A stretch of DNA of 64,000 bases from the NCBI GenBank assembly GCA_964500985.1, contig CAZCRB010000002.1, positions 36 to 64,035 on the forward strand. The letters are read 5' to 3'. The stretch comes from an uncultured Eubacteriales bacterium (GTDB lineage: Bacteria; Actinomycetota; Coriobacteriia; Anaerosomatales; PHET01). Each line of letters starts with the position of its first letter. Position 1 is the first letter of the stretch. Of this stretch, positions 1 to 9,695 are shown piece after piece. Both the position numbers and the translations under genes were made by a program. The notes under the pieces were generated by a model. It was not told where the DNA came from. It worked only from the letters and a program-made list of their open reading frames with translations, and made no database searches.

Positions 1-105
1 CCTGCGGGAGTTCGGGCATGAGTCATCCTCCTCATTCGAATGCGGGGTATCGCCCCGACCATCGAGGCACCTGCGATTGTAGACGATACCCTGCCCTGCG
101 CCGCG

Positions 106-1104
106 TCAGGCGGTCTGACGGATTTGACGTGAGCCCGCACACAACGACTCGGACACGTGCCCCGTGAACGCACGAGGTGCGTAGAGCGGTCGTCGAAACG
201 GATTCCCGGCGTCGGTCCAGGGCTCATCGAGCAGATACGCCCCGGTCAGCGCGGAGACGAACCCCGCCGCCTCGGCATCCATGTTGTCGCAGTTGTGGAG
301 CAGCAGAGCCTCGATCGTGCTCGGCCGCCGCGGTGATCCGAACTCCGTCTCGCCGTGATGGGAGGCGATGGCGTGCTCGAGGAGCGCTTGGGCGTGCGCA
401 CGCATCCGGGCCTGGGCCGCGGCGCATCCCACTCGCCGCAACCCGAGCACCACGTGCCCGAGCAGCCGCCCCTCGTCGGTGCAGCCGATTCCCGGGCCGA
501 CACACAGTTCTTCGACCTTGCCGACGTCGTGAAGCAGTGCCGCGGCGACGAGGAGGTCCCGGTCCACGCCCGAATACGCATCGGCGGCGGACACGCACAG
601 TCTCGCGACCGACAGGGTGTGCTCCAAAAGGCCACCGCGATAGACGTGATGGCGGGACTGCGAGCCCGGACATGCGCAGAAGCGCTCGAAGAACACGGGC
701 TCCCCGAAGACGGACCTCAGAACCCGGCGCAACTGCGTGTCAGAGACGGTGCCGACGATCGACTTGAGCTCGGCGACCATCTCGTCGTTCGAACGGGGCG
801 AGCGCGCGAGCAGCTCGTCCGCATCGTAGGCGTCTGCGGGCGCCAGGGAATCGACGCTGAGGCGCTTGGACCCCCGGAACGTCGACACCGTCCCGCACAC
901 GCGGACCGCCGCCCCACTGGGGACCGCAGCCGCCGCGGCCGAAGGGCGAAAGTGGACCGCGGGTATCGATCCGGTGCGATCCGACAGCTCAAGGGCCAGG
1001 TAGGCGTCTCCCGTCCGGGCAGCTCGCATGTCCCGCGACCGCACCACGAACACCGCATCGACGCGGGCGCCTTCGGTCATCTCGTTCACGTAGCGTGCCC
1101 TCAT
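106..1104 (-). CDS. YhaM/CBF1-like 3'-5' exoribonuclease (OB-fold + HD domain)
   Basis: N-terminal OB-like segment (GDAYLALELSDRTGSI) and HD motifs (HHVYRGGLLEHT, LLHDVGK, HHG, D). Start placed at MRARYV. Confidence 0.85.
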   Translation of the reverse strand: MRARYVNEMTEGARVDAVFVVRSRDMRAARTGDAYLALELSDRTGSIPAVHFRPSAAAAAVPSGAAVRVCGTVSTFRGSKRLSVDSLAPADAYDADELLARSPRSNDEMVAELKSIVGTVSDTQLRRVLRSVFGEPVFFERFCACPGSQSRHHVYRGGLLEHTLSVARLCVSAADAYSGVDRDLLVAAALLHDVGKVEELCVGPGIGCTDEGRLLGHVVLGLRRVGCAAAQARMRAHAQALLEHAIASHHGETEFGSPRRPSTIEALLLHNCDNMDAEAAGFVSALTGAYLLDEPWTDAGNPFRRPLYAPRAFTGHVSESLCAGSRQIRQTA

Positions 1105-1167
1105 GCCAACGCCTCTCGCTTCGCCGCCAACCTGGCTGCAACGTAGCAAGGGGGTCTGACATCGGTC

Positions 1168-1983
1168 CTACAGCGTGCGCAACCTGACGGCCGCGCCCGG
1201 CTGGACCCCGTAGCGGTCGGCGGCGCTGTCGAGATTCAGCGCAAGAGTCAGCCAACCCGAGGAGTCAACCAACACCACCGGCTCGCCTTCGTCGACGTCG
1301 GAGAAGGTGCGCCCCAGGGGTGCGGTGACGGCGTTGTGCCCCAAGGTCACCTCGAGGCGATCGGCGACCAGCCCGAGTGACTCGATGTCCTCGCCGGGGA
1401 CGTTGAACCTGAGGGACCCGAAGCGGTCGGCCTCGAGCACCTCGCCCACGATGTAGTCACCCTCACGCGAGCAAGGGCCGAACGGTGCCGGACAGAGGCA
1501 ATCGGTGTCGACCGGGGACCCGAGCGACTCGGGCCGCACCCCGCAGGCCAATGCGGCAGCCGCGGGCGCCAGCACGTCGCGTGCATGGAACGTCGGCAGC
1601 GGGCCGCGATAGTCGATCTTGGTGGGATCGATGGCGATGACCTGGACGATGCCGCCGGCGCGCCACGCGGCGGGCAACAGCACGCCGTTGTCCGGACCGA
1701 CCAAACGCGTGCCGTCCGCGGTGACGATGCACAGGTCGGCCCTGCCGCCACCCACGCCGGGGTCGACGACGATGAGGTGGATCGCTTCGGGCAGCTGGTA
1801 CACGCCCGCTGCCGCAGTCGCCGCCGCCTTGCGAACGTCGAACGGAGGGATCTGGTGCCCGAGGTCGACGACATGCGCGAGGGGACACGCGCGATAGATG
1901 ACGGCGTGGCACACACCGACCCACGTGTCTTCGAGCCCGAAGTCCGAGATGAAGCAGATCGTCGACTGCATGCGAACATCCAT
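1168..1983 (-). CDS. SAM hydroxide adenosyltransferase / DUF62 (SAM-dependent chlorinase/fluorinase superfamily)
   Basis: FISDFG, HLIVVDPGVG, GPDNG, TFHARD, DRFGSL and DSSGWL motifs. Confidence 0.9.
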   Translation of the reverse strand: MDVRMQSTICFISDFGLEDTWVGVCHAVIYRACPLAHVVDLGHQIPPFDVRKAAATAAAGVYQLPEAIHLIVVDPGVGGGRADLCIVTADGTRLVGPDNGVLLPAAWRAGGIVQVIAIDPTKIDYRGPLPTFHARDVLAPAAAALACGVRPESLGSPVDTDCLCPAPFGPCSREGDYIVGEVLEADRFGSLRFNVPGEDIESLGLVADRLEVTLGHNAVTAPLGRTFSDVDEGEPVVLVDSSGWLTLALNLDSAADRYGVQPGAAVRLRTL

Positions 1984-2037
1984 CCGTTCACGGTGCGCGG
2001 TTGTTACTATGGTAGTACCCGAGACTGGAGGTTGGCC

Positions 2038-2505
2038 GTGACAGGAGCCCTGAGGAACAGCGCCGCACTAGCCCTCGTCGGCGTCACACTCAGCGTCACC
2101 CTCGCACTGGCCGGCTGTGCGTCCGGACCGCAGTTCGTGGACGAGGGCGCCACCTACACCCTCGACAACGCCAGCACGGCCTTCGACAAGGCCGACACCA
2201 GTGACGTCGCGGGTCTGTCGGTCGGCGACGCGGACGAGCTGCAGCGCAAAGCGCTGTCCGGCTTGCGGTCCCAGGGGGGAGCGGCGGCCGACGCCGCCGA
2301 ACTGATCACGGCGACGTTCCCCAGTGGCGCCCGGTCCGTGCCGGTGTACGTCGAGCGCGCGACGGTCGATGGCGATCCGGCCTTGATCATCGTCGAAGTC
2401 ATCGGACCGAAGGCCGGGACCCTGCAAGATCAGCGGCTCTGGGTGATAAACGAATCCGGAGACGTGCTCTTGTCCGAGACGCGGTCCATCGACGACTCCA
2501 AGTAG
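2038..2505 (+). CDS. Putative lipoprotein
   Basis: GGAGG RBS, GTG start at 2038, hydrophobic signal peptide with lipobox LAGC. Confidence 0.65.
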   Translation: MTGALRNSAALALVGVTLSVTLALAGCASGPQFVDEGATYTLDNASTAFDKADTSDVAGLSVGDADELQRKALSGLRSQGGAAADAAELITATFPSGARSVPVYVERATVDGDPALIIVEVIGPKAGTLQDQRLWVINESGDVLLSETRSIDDSK

Positions 2506-2512
2506 GATCGTC

Positions 2513-2896
2513 TCACGCGCAGAGGCTGCCGTGGTACTCCTCCAGGACGTGCTGAGGGACCTTATCGCCCCATCCGCGCTGCAGCTCGTCCCAGATGTCC
2601 TCCGCGGGCCGACCGCAGTCGGCGAGGTCTGCGACGACGGCGGCTAGCACGAGCCGAGACGTGGCATCACACGGTTTGCGCAGGCGGCCGAGCCGACGCC
2701 GGACGACACCCCAGAAGTACGCGCTGACCCGAGACGGCGCGACCGGCCGCTCCTCGGGGCGCGCCGTGAAGCGAGCACGCGTGGCCCGCTCCGCCGCTGC
2801 GGCCACGTCCAGAGGGACTCCCCGCTCCTCCACCGCCTCGCATACCAGACTCCGGCAGTGCATCGCAACCGATGGCAGGCGTTCTGTCGAGTGCAT
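2513..2896 (-). CDS. Hypothetical protein
   Basis: 127-aa ORF with upstream GAAGGGGAG RBS; fills the gap between neighbours. Confidence 0.55.
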   Translation of the reverse strand: MHSTERLPSVAMHCRSLVCEAVEERGVPLDVAAAAERATRARFTARPEERPVAPSRVSAYFWGVVRRRLGRLRKPCDATSRLVLAAVVADLADCGRPAEDIWDELQRGWGDKVPQHVLEEYHGSLCA

Positions 2897-2954
2897 TGGT
2901 CTCCCCTTCCGAACGTTTGTTCGTAAGGAAGGTAGACCACGGGTCTGACACGCC

Positions 2955-3194
2955 CTAGTCGAGCGGGAACACCGCCGCGATACTCAAGCGGTTCACGGCC
3001 ATGTACGGAGGCCGAAAGAGCTCCTTGCCGGTGGTCGCATCGCACACGAGCGCGTCGGTCACCGCGATGAAGTCCTTGGCCTTGGAGTTCAACGAGTCGG
3101 TGAGCCGACTGTCCGCCAAGACGTGCAGATCGCCCTCGATACGCCAGTTGCCTGAGACGATCACGCACCGGACCTTGTCCTTCGACGTGTACAC
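2955..3194 (-). CDS. Small DUF6812-like hypothetical protein
   Basis: RIEGDLHV..RLTDSLN..FIAVTDA..MAVNR pattern; GAGGGG RBS before GTG at 3194. Confidence 0.6.
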   Translation of the reverse strand: MYTSKDKVRCVIVSGNWRIEGDLHVLADSRLTDSLNSKAKDFIAVTDALVCDATTGKELFRPPYMAVNRLSIAAVFPLD

Positions 3195-3284
3195 GGAGCC
3201 CCCTCGGTAGTTGTTCTCTGGACAAGAATCTAGCGCAAGCACCGCCGGAGGTGAACCCGTTCGCCCGCGGCGGCTACCGCCCGC

Positions 3285-3974
3285 TCAGGAGGACACGCCC
3301 GCCAGCGCGAACAACGCCACGCGCATCAACCCGGCAAGCCAGATCTCGACGAACGTGACCGCCAGGGCGATCGTGGCGGGCAAGATCAGCTGGCTGATGC
3401 GGTCCGCCGCACGGTCGAAGGGCGGCAGCATGCCGATGATGACGAGGTTTATCGCGGTGAAGGTGGCCAAGATGCACAGGGCTATCAGCAGCGGGTAGGC
3501 GATTCCCAGCAACGGCGCGAGCCACCACAACGCCGCCCACGTCACCGGCATCGCGACGACCCACACCGCGAGGCGCCAGGTCGGATCGAGGATCCGTGCT
3601 GACGAGGACCGCTTCCACAGTTCCTCGTTGAGCATCGGCGCCAGGATCGCGGCTGAGGCGAATCCGACGCCCAACCCTGTGATGAGTCGCAGCTCGTTGG
3701 TCGTCGTCCGCAACCCCGCATAGGACGAGAAGCCGTCGAACCCCATCCAGGCGACGAGAAGGCCGAACACGATCCAAGCTGCCGCCCCGGGGAACCCGCG
3801 GCGCCGTTCTCCCCGGTGCAGGAGCGCTACGAGCGCCAGGGACACCACGAACCCGATGTAGATCCCGGTGTCGCGCGCGCACACGGGTGCCTGGATGCCG
3901 CCCCCGAAGAAGGAGCGCTCAGGGAGCTGGTGGCACAGGCCAAAGCCCAACCACTGCAGAAACGCTGAGATCAT
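3285..3974 (-). CDS. DUF2085-family membrane protein
   Basis: CHQLPERSF..PVCARDTGIY motif and several TM helices. The upstream ORF extension is the tRNA sequence, so the start was moved to ATG 3974. Confidence 0.8.
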   Translation of the reverse strand: MISAFLQWLGFGLCHQLPERSFFGGGIQAPVCARDTGIYIGFVVSLALVALLHRGERRRGFPGAAAWIVFGLLVAWMGFDGFSSYAGLRTTTNELRLITGLGVGFASAAILAPMLNEELWKRSSSARILDPTWRLAVWVVAMPVTWAALWWLAPLLGIAYPLLIALCILATFTAINLVIIGMLPPFDRAADRISQLILPATIALAVTFVEIWLAGLMRVALFALAGVSS

Positions 3975-4032
3975 GGCCACCGTCTCGGAAAAGGTAACGG
4001 CGGGCCGCAAGCGGCCCGCCGTCAGTGCCAGA

Positions 4033-4109
<77 letters not shown>

Positions 4110-4213
4110 GCGAGGGGCTATGCTAGCACGCCCCCGCTGGCGAGCCAACCCTTTTGGGCCCAGCACTTTGAACCGGGTGCTTTTGCCGCCGCATCAACGG
4201 GTCGACAGACGCA

Positions 4214-4241
4214 GAGGAGCCCGGCATCCGCCGGGCTCCTC
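4214..4241 (-). terminator. Hairpin after the 24-heme cytochrome gene
   Basis: Perfect 12-bp stem GAGGAGCCCGGC-ATCC-GCCGGGCTCCTC, 33 nt past the stop codon. No strong U tract. Confidence 0.65.
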
Positions 4242-4274
4242 GTCACTCACTTGCGCACGTTCTCGCATGAACCC

Positions 4275-6446
4275 CTAGTTGAGCAGGCCCTTCTTCGCGA
4301 GGTTCACGTGGCAGTTCGCACAGAACGTCGGATCGTGGCACTCGAAGCACGGCTGAGCGCCGTCCTTCTTCACGATGTTCGGGTGGTAGCGCAGCCACGG
4401 CTTGTTGGCAACGGAACCCTTGTGGTGGCACGAGTCGCAGAATGCGGTGTCGTGACAGTTCGCGCACTGGGCCTTGTTGAACTGCTTCTTCGCGAAGCCG
4501 TCCTTGTGCGGGAACTTCTGGGGGTTGCCGTCGTCGATCTGGTGCGACATGTCGAGCTTGTGGCAGCCCTTGCAGAACGCGGAGTTCGGCAGCTGGGCCA
4601 CTTCGCCGGCGTGGCAGTAGGTGCAGACTTCGCCGTCGGACTTGTAGAGCTGCGTGTGTGCCGCAGGCTTCTTGTAGTCGCGAACGAAGTTCTTCGCCTT
4701 GTGCGACGCGGGTACGACCTTGCGCTTCGTGTGGCACGTCACGCAGTCGGTCTTCTTGTGGCACTTCTCGACACACCCGGCGGCGCCGTTGGCATTCACC
4801 GAACCGCCGTGGACCTGAATCCACGGAGTGGTGAACGACGAGCCGACGTGGTGGCAGTTGCTGCACAGCTCCTTCCACGTGTGGCAGTTCTCGCACGTGG
4901 CCTTGGTCTTGCGGCCGCTCACGTGGTTCGTCTTGAACTCAGCGGGGTGCGGCATCTGAAGCTTGTGGCAGCCGGCACAGAAGGGCGCGTTGGGGCCGCC
5001 ATCGCCGTGACAGATCTCGCACGACTCGATGGACTCTTCCGCCGAGAGAGCGTGCTTCGCGGACGGCTGGGCAGGCGTCTTGCCGTATACCGTCACCGTC
5101 GGGGTGGACGGCTTCGTCCAGTACTTCTGCTTGTGAGAGCCGGGAACCACCTTGCGGCTCGTGTGGCAGTCGACGCAGAACTTCTTGTCGTGGCACTTCG
5201 TGCACGACTCGATACCGGACTTGGCGACAGCCTGCGGGTGCTGCTGCGCGGTCCACGGCGACGCGGGATCGAACTCCCACTTCACGGCGGAGCCGTGATG
5301 GCAGTCGTCACAGAAGTGCGTCTTCTCGTTGGCACCGTGACACATCACGCACTTGGCCGGCTGCTGCTTCGAGATGGCCGGGTGACCCGCAGGATCCTCG
5401 GGGCTCTTGGGCTCCTTGAACGCCTCAGGGTGCGGCATCTCCATGCCGTGGCAATCGGTGCAGAACGTGCGCTTGTGGCACGTCTCGCAGTAGAAGATCG
5501 TCTCGACCTTGGGAAGCTTCTCGCCGACGCTCTCGGTGTCGCTCGCCCCGGCGGCCTTCTCCTCTTCGAGCACCTTGGCCACCGCGACCTGCGGAACCGG
5601 CGCAGCGGTACCCTCTGAAGTGGTGCCACCCTCGCGCTCGGCGGCGGACTCGGCCTCGCTGGTCTCGCCCTCGCCCTCGGCACTCAGGGACTCAGCCTTG
5701 GCCTTGGTGGCCTCGGCCTTGTACTCCTTGGCCATCTCACCGTGCGTGGCCGGAGCGAACTCAGAGGTGTTGTGGCTGGCCGGAACCAGATTGAAGCTGG
5801 CGGGGTGGCACGCGGTGCACGCACCCGGGGCCGCCGAGCCCTCTTCCTGGCCATGGCAGCGGAAGCACGCGGTCATCTTCATGAAGTCGGCGTGCTTGCG
5901 GTTGGGCTCACCGGTCTTGGGATCGGTGAGCGTCAAGTCGAAGTTCTCGACGTGCGCGACACGGTTGTGACACACCGGGCACGCCGCGTTGACCTCCGCG
6001 TGCGGCTTGTGGTCGATGATGATGCCCGCGCTCGGGGTCACCGAGCGGGTGTCCAGGTTGTGACACTGCGTGCACTGCTTGGTCTTCATCGTCAGTGACA
6101 CTTCGGATTCAGCGTTGAGCGGGAGCTCGAAGTTATCGGTGATGGTCAGATAGAGCTCGCCCAGTGCCTCGGCTTTGTGCAGGATGAAGATCACCGGATT
6201 GGCATTGACCGGCATGTGGCACGCCATGCAGTTGATCTTGTTGTGCGACGACGCCTGGTATGCCGTGATGGTGTCGTCTTGGACTTTGTGGCAGCCATTA
6301 GCACAGAACCAGTAGGTGGATGTCACCCCCAGCGCCACGATCATGACCGCGGCCAGCACCAGGACGCCGACACCCGTCCAGATGATGTAGCGCGGTCGGC
6401 GTACCGGGTCCTTGAACCCGGCCAGGGAGATCTTGGGCATACGCAT
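4275..6446 (-). CDS. Membrane-anchored NapC/NirT-type multiheme cytochrome c (~24 hemes)
   Basis: N-terminal TM followed by a NapC-like segment (STYWFCANGCH..YQASSH..CMACH). 22 CxxCH plus 2 CxxxCH motifs. Confidence 0.9.
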   Translation of the reverse strand: MRMPKISLAGFKDPVRRPRYIIWTGVGVLVLAAVMIVALGVTSTYWFCANGCHKVQDDTITAYQASSHNKINCMACHMPVNANPVIFILHKAEALGELYLTITDNFELPLNAESEVSLTMKTKQCTQCHNLDTRSVTPSAGIIIDHKPHAEVNAACPVCHNRVAHVENFDLTLTDPKTGEPNRKHADFMKMTACFRCHGQEEGSAAPGACTACHPASFNLVPASHNTSEFAPATHGEMAKEYKAEATKAKAESLSAEGEGETSEAESAAEREGGTTSEGTAAPVPQVAVAKVLEEEKAAGASDTESVGEKLPKVETIFYCETCHKRTFCTDCHGMEMPHPEAFKEPKSPEDPAGHPAISKQQPAKCVMCHGANEKTHFCDDCHHGSAVKWEFDPASPWTAQQHPQAVAKSGIESCTKCHDKKFCVDCHTSRKVVPGSHKQKYWTKPSTPTVTVYGKTPAQPSAKHALSAEESIESCEICHGDGGPNAPFCAGCHKLQMPHPAEFKTNHVSGRKTKATCENCHTWKELCSNCHHVGSSFTTPWIQVHGGSVNANGAAGCVEKCHKKTDCVTCHTKRKVVPASHKAKNFVRDYKKPAAHTQLYKSDGEVCTYCHAGEVAQLPNSAFCKGCHKLDMSHQIDDGNPQKFPHKDGFAKKQFNKAQCANCHDTAFCDSCHHKGSVANKPWLRYHPNIVKKDGAQPCFECHDPTFCANCHVNLAKKGLLN

Positions 6447-6644
6447 CTTCTCCTTGCTGTTCGGTCCCCTGAGAGCCCCTCAGGTGGGCGCTCGCCCACA
6501 CATTCATGAGAACCATATAAGAATGCCACACGAGCCACAACAAAAAGCGTTGTCTCAGGGCACGTTTCGACACGAGAAGGGTGCGTCCTGCCCGCACGCG
6601 ACAAAGAACCGACCACCGGGTCGGGTCGCAGTGCAGATGCGCTG

Positions 6645-7817
6645 CTAGCGGACGAGCAGCGTGTCCGCGAGCCGGTTGAGTTCGCTGATCGCCGACTGGA
6701 TCTGGCGTGAGCCCTCCGCGGCCTGCGTGGAGACCTGCGCCATCTCGCGCATGGAGATGACGACCTGGTCCGAGGCGGTCCGCTGCTGCTGGGTCGCGAT
6801 GGAGATCTGCTTGGCGGAGTCGGTGGTCTGCTCGACTTGGGAGACGATCTTGTCCAGCGAGTCGGCGGTACGGCGGGCAAGCATCTTGCCCTCCTCGACC
6901 TTCTTCTGCGCGCGCTCGGTCGACATGACCAGCGAACTGGCGCTGGACTGGATCTCGCGGACCACGCGGCCGATCTCGGAGGTGGACTCCGTCACCGAGT
7001 CGGCGAGCTTGCGGATCTCCTCGGCCACGACCGCGAAGCCCTTGCCCGCCTCACCGGCGCGCGCGGCCTCGATGGCCGCGTTGAGCGCGAGGATCTTGGT
7101 CTGCTCGGCGATGTCGTCGATGATGACGAGCACACGCCCGATCTCCTGGCTGCGCTCACCGAGCTGCAGGATCCGGTCGGACGCGATCTGCGTGGTCTCG
7201 CGAATCTCGTCGATGCCGCTGGCGGTGTCGGCCACCGCCTGCATGCCCTCCTCCGCAGACGCGAGCGTGCGCTCGGCGATGGCGGCGACGGACTGCGAGT
7301 TCTCTGCGATCTGCTTGGAAGTCTGCGCGAGCTCCTCGACCGTGGCGGAGGTCTCGGTGACCGCAGCGGCCTGCTGGGCGGCGCCACTGGCCTGCTGCTC
7401 CGTGGCAGCGAGAACCTCGCTCGTCAGCGCCCGCACGTCGTTGTTGACGGCCTTGGCCTGACCGAGCATCCCGGTGACCTCGCCAAAGAGCCGGATCACC
7501 TCCTGCTGCATCGCATCGCTGTCGCCGTCCATGTCGACGCGTACGCTGAACCGCTCAGTCGCGACCTCGAGAATGCTTCTGAACATCGATTCGCTCACGG
7601 AGGCGGCCACCATGGCACATACGACGCCGAGTGAGACTCCCGCGACCAGGCACAGCACCCAGAATGCGAGCCATGCGGACGGGCTCTTGGGCTCCACGAA
7701 GAACCCGACGGCCAGCGGGAACAGAATGCCGATGCCGAGACCCGCAGCTCCCATGTAGATGATGAGCTTCCTGCGCGTCGTCCCCATAGCGCCCTTTTTG
7801 GCCACGCCGTCCTCCAC
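6645..7817 (-). CDS. Methyl-accepting chemotaxis protein (2 TM, no obvious sensor domain)
   Basis: [37 protein letters not shown] signalling hairpin. Start uncertain (7817, 7805 or 7787). Confidence 0.93.
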   Translation of the reverse strand: MEDGVAKKGAMGTTRRKLIIYMGAAGLGIGILFPLAVGFFVEPKSPSAWLAFWVLCLVAGVSLGVVCAMVAASVSESMFRSILEVATERFSVRVDMDGDSDAMQQEVIRLFGEVTGMLGQAKAVNNDVRALTSEVLAATEQQASGAAQQAAAVTETSATVEELAQTSKQIAENSQSVAAIAERTLASAEEGMQAVADTASGIDEIRETTQIASDRILQLGERSQEIGRVLVIIDDIAEQTKILALNAAIEAARAGEAGKGFAVVAEEIRKLADSVTESTSEIGRVVREIQSSASSLVMSTERAQKKVEEGKMLARRTADSLDKIVSQVEQTTDSAKQISIATQQQRTASDQVVISMREMAQVSTQAAEGSRQIQSAISELNRLADTLLVR

Positions 7818-7892
7818 TCACCGTCAGCCAGCACTCGTGCCTCGACACATACTATCAGGTGGCGGCCCGCGGCCGAAGGCGCCCAGCGGGGG

Positions 7893-7922
7893 TTGCCTGA
7901 AACATACCCCAAGGGGTATACT
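7893..7922 (+). promoter_or_regulatory. Sigma70-like promoter with overlapping CsoR/RcnR-family-type operator
   Basis: TTGCCT (7893) N18 TATACT (7917). Palindrome ATACCCC-AA-GGGGTAT at 7904-7919 lies in the spacer and overlaps the -10. Confidence 0.7.
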
Positions 7923-7970
7923 CCTGAGCGCAATGGGCCGTCGTCGTCAGCAAGTGAAAGGTACGCGAGA

Positions 7971-8174
7971 ATGACCAGTGTGCGCATCGAGAACAGTGTT
8001 TGCGACCGCTCCCCCGGGTGCCCCGCTCGGCGCGTCTGCCCCAAGGGTGCTATCGTCCCGGTCGAGGGTGGAACCTACCCGGGAGCCAACGGGTACACCA
8101 TCATCGACGAGAAATGCTCCGGCTGTGGCGTCTGCGCACGGGTGTGCGCCGGCGGAGCCGTGCGGCTGAGCTGA
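7971..8174 (+). CDS. Small 4Fe-4S ferredoxin-like protein
   Basis: CDRSPGCPARRVCP and CSGCGVCARVC motifs, 67 aa. Confidence 0.85.
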   Translation: MTSVRIENSVCDRSPGCPARRVCPKGAIVPVEGGTYPGANGYTIIDEKCSGCGVCARVCAGGAVRLS

Positions 8175-8183
8175 GGAGGATCC

Positions 8184-8528
8184 ATGAGTGACCCCATCAT
8201 CGTCGAGGTCTTCGACGTTCCCGCGACCACCGACTGCTTCTCCGGCGGATGAGGACCGTCCTGGTCTCCGGAGGAGATCACGGCAATCGTCCGCGCTGAG
8301 ATCGAGCGCCGCTACGGCGACGACGCACAGGTCCTCTACCACAACGTGGAACAGGACGAGACGCGCTCCACGCACGACAAGCTCATCACCGAGATCGAAG
8401 AGCGCGGGCTGCTCTATCCGGTGACCGTCGTCGACGGCGTGCCCGTCTACGACGGCGCGGTCAGCTACCCGGCGATCATGCGCGCGGTCAACAACAAGCT
8501 GCTGGAGCGCGAGCAGGCCCCCTCGTAG
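8184..8528 (+). CDS. Putative selenoprotein with thioredoxin-like fold (DUF1462/YuzD-like), Sec23
   Basis: GAGGAGG RBS and ATG 8184; in-frame TGA at 8250-8252 within DCFSGG-U-G; SECIS-like hairpin 8262-8280; the frame continues into ORF 8346..8528. Confidence 0.8.
8256..8283 (+). other. Bacterial SECIS-like hairpin
   Basis: TGGTCTCC-GGA-GGAGATCA stem with a G-first loop 17 nt after the UGA. Confidence 0.7.
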
Positions 8529-8545
8529 TGCGCTAGACTCGCCTC

Positions 8546-9691
8546 ATGAGCGAAGTCAGCATCGCGCGCTGCGCGGACTACCAGCTGGATCACATCGAGA
8601 GCGCACTCGACGCCGCCCTCTCCCCGCTCGGGGGGATGGCGGCGTTCGTGTCTCCCGGGGACCGCGTGTTCCTCAAGGTCAACCTGCTCTCGAAGGCATC
8701 GCCCGAGCGGGCGGTGACGACGCACCCCGAAGTCGTCCGGGCGGTCATACGCGCCGTTCGACGTGCCGGAGGGGTCCCGCGCGTCGGGGACAGCCCCGGA
8801 GGGCCCAACACCCCGGGCCAGTGGCGGCGGCTGTGCGAGGAGACCGGCATCGGCGCGGTGTGCGCCGAGGAGGACGCCGAGCTCGTGCTACTCGACGACG
8901 AGTGCACGCGCGTGGCCACGCCGTCGGGCACCCTCTACGGCGCGTTCACGGTCGGCAAGGCCGTGGTCGACGCCGACGTGCTGATCACGCTCCCCAAGTT
9001 CAAGACCCACGGCTTCATGATGTTCACCGGGGCGGTCAAGAACCTGTTCGGGTGCATCCCCGGACTCGAGAAGGCCCAGTTCCACCTCAAGGTCCCCGAC
9101 CGCAACGACTTCGGTTCGATGCTCGTGGATCTCATGCTCGCGGTGTCACCGTCGCTCGCGATCATGGACGCGATCGTCGGCATGGAGGGTGAAGGCCCGG
9201 CAGGCGGCACCCCGCGCGCGGTGGGCGCCCTCATCGCCTCTGCCGACAGCGCTTCGCTCGACGTCGTCGCGAGCGCCATGGCCGGCCTCTCGCCGATGGA
9301 GGTCTACACGAACAAGGCCGCGGCAGCGCGAGGTCTGTGCCCCGAACGCGCCGAGGACGTCGACGTGATCGGCGCCGACTGGCGCTCGCTGTCTCCGGAC
9401 GGCTTCGCGCTCCCCGCGCGCGACCTTTCCGCCATGATGCCGGCGTGGCTCGGCCGTCGCTTGGCGGGATGGACCACCGCGCGGCCGGTACTGGCGCGGC
9501 AGCAGGAGTGCACTCGCTGCGGGAAGTGTGCCGAGACGTGCCCGGTCGACGCGATCACCATCACCGACAAGGGACCGGTATTCGATCGGGATCTGTGCAT
9601 CAGGTGCTACTGCTGCCAGGAACTGTGCCCGCCGCAGGTCATCGGACTGACCGAGCCGCCGCTGGCGAAGTGGATCGGCCGGCGGCGCTGA
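8546..9691 (+). CDS. DUF362 domain protein with C-terminal 2x[4Fe-4S]
   Basis: VFLKVNLL, TTHPEVV, LPKFKTH, GAVKNLFG and DAIVGMEGEGP motifs; CTRCGKCAETCP and CIRCYCCQELCP. Confidence 0.9.
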   Translation: MSEVSIARCADYQLDHIESALDAALSPLGGMAAFVSPGDRVFLKVNLLSKASPERAVTTHPEVVRAVIRAVRRAGGVPRVGDSPGGPNTPGQWRRLCEETGIGAVCAEEDAELVLLDDECTRVATPSGTLYGAFTVGKAVVDADVLITLPKFKTHGFMMFTGAVKNLFGCIPGLEKAQFHLKVPDRNDFGSMLVDLMLAVSPSLAIMDAIVGMEGEGPAGGTPRAVGALIASADSASLDVVASAMAGLSPMEVYTNKAAAARGLCPERAEDVDVIGADWRSLSPDGFALPARDLSAMMPAWLGRRLAGWTTARPVLARQQECTRCGKCAETCPVDAITITDKGPVFDRDLCIRCYCCQELCPPQVIGLTEPPLAKWIGRRR

Positions 9692-9695
9692 CGCC

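Noticed and set aside
1168-1983. Fluorinase or chlorinase (halogenase)
   Set aside because: It keeps the Asp/Arg/His residues typical of DUF62 hydroxide adenosyltransferases (VDPGVG..R, TFHARD), and there is no secondary-metabolite context.
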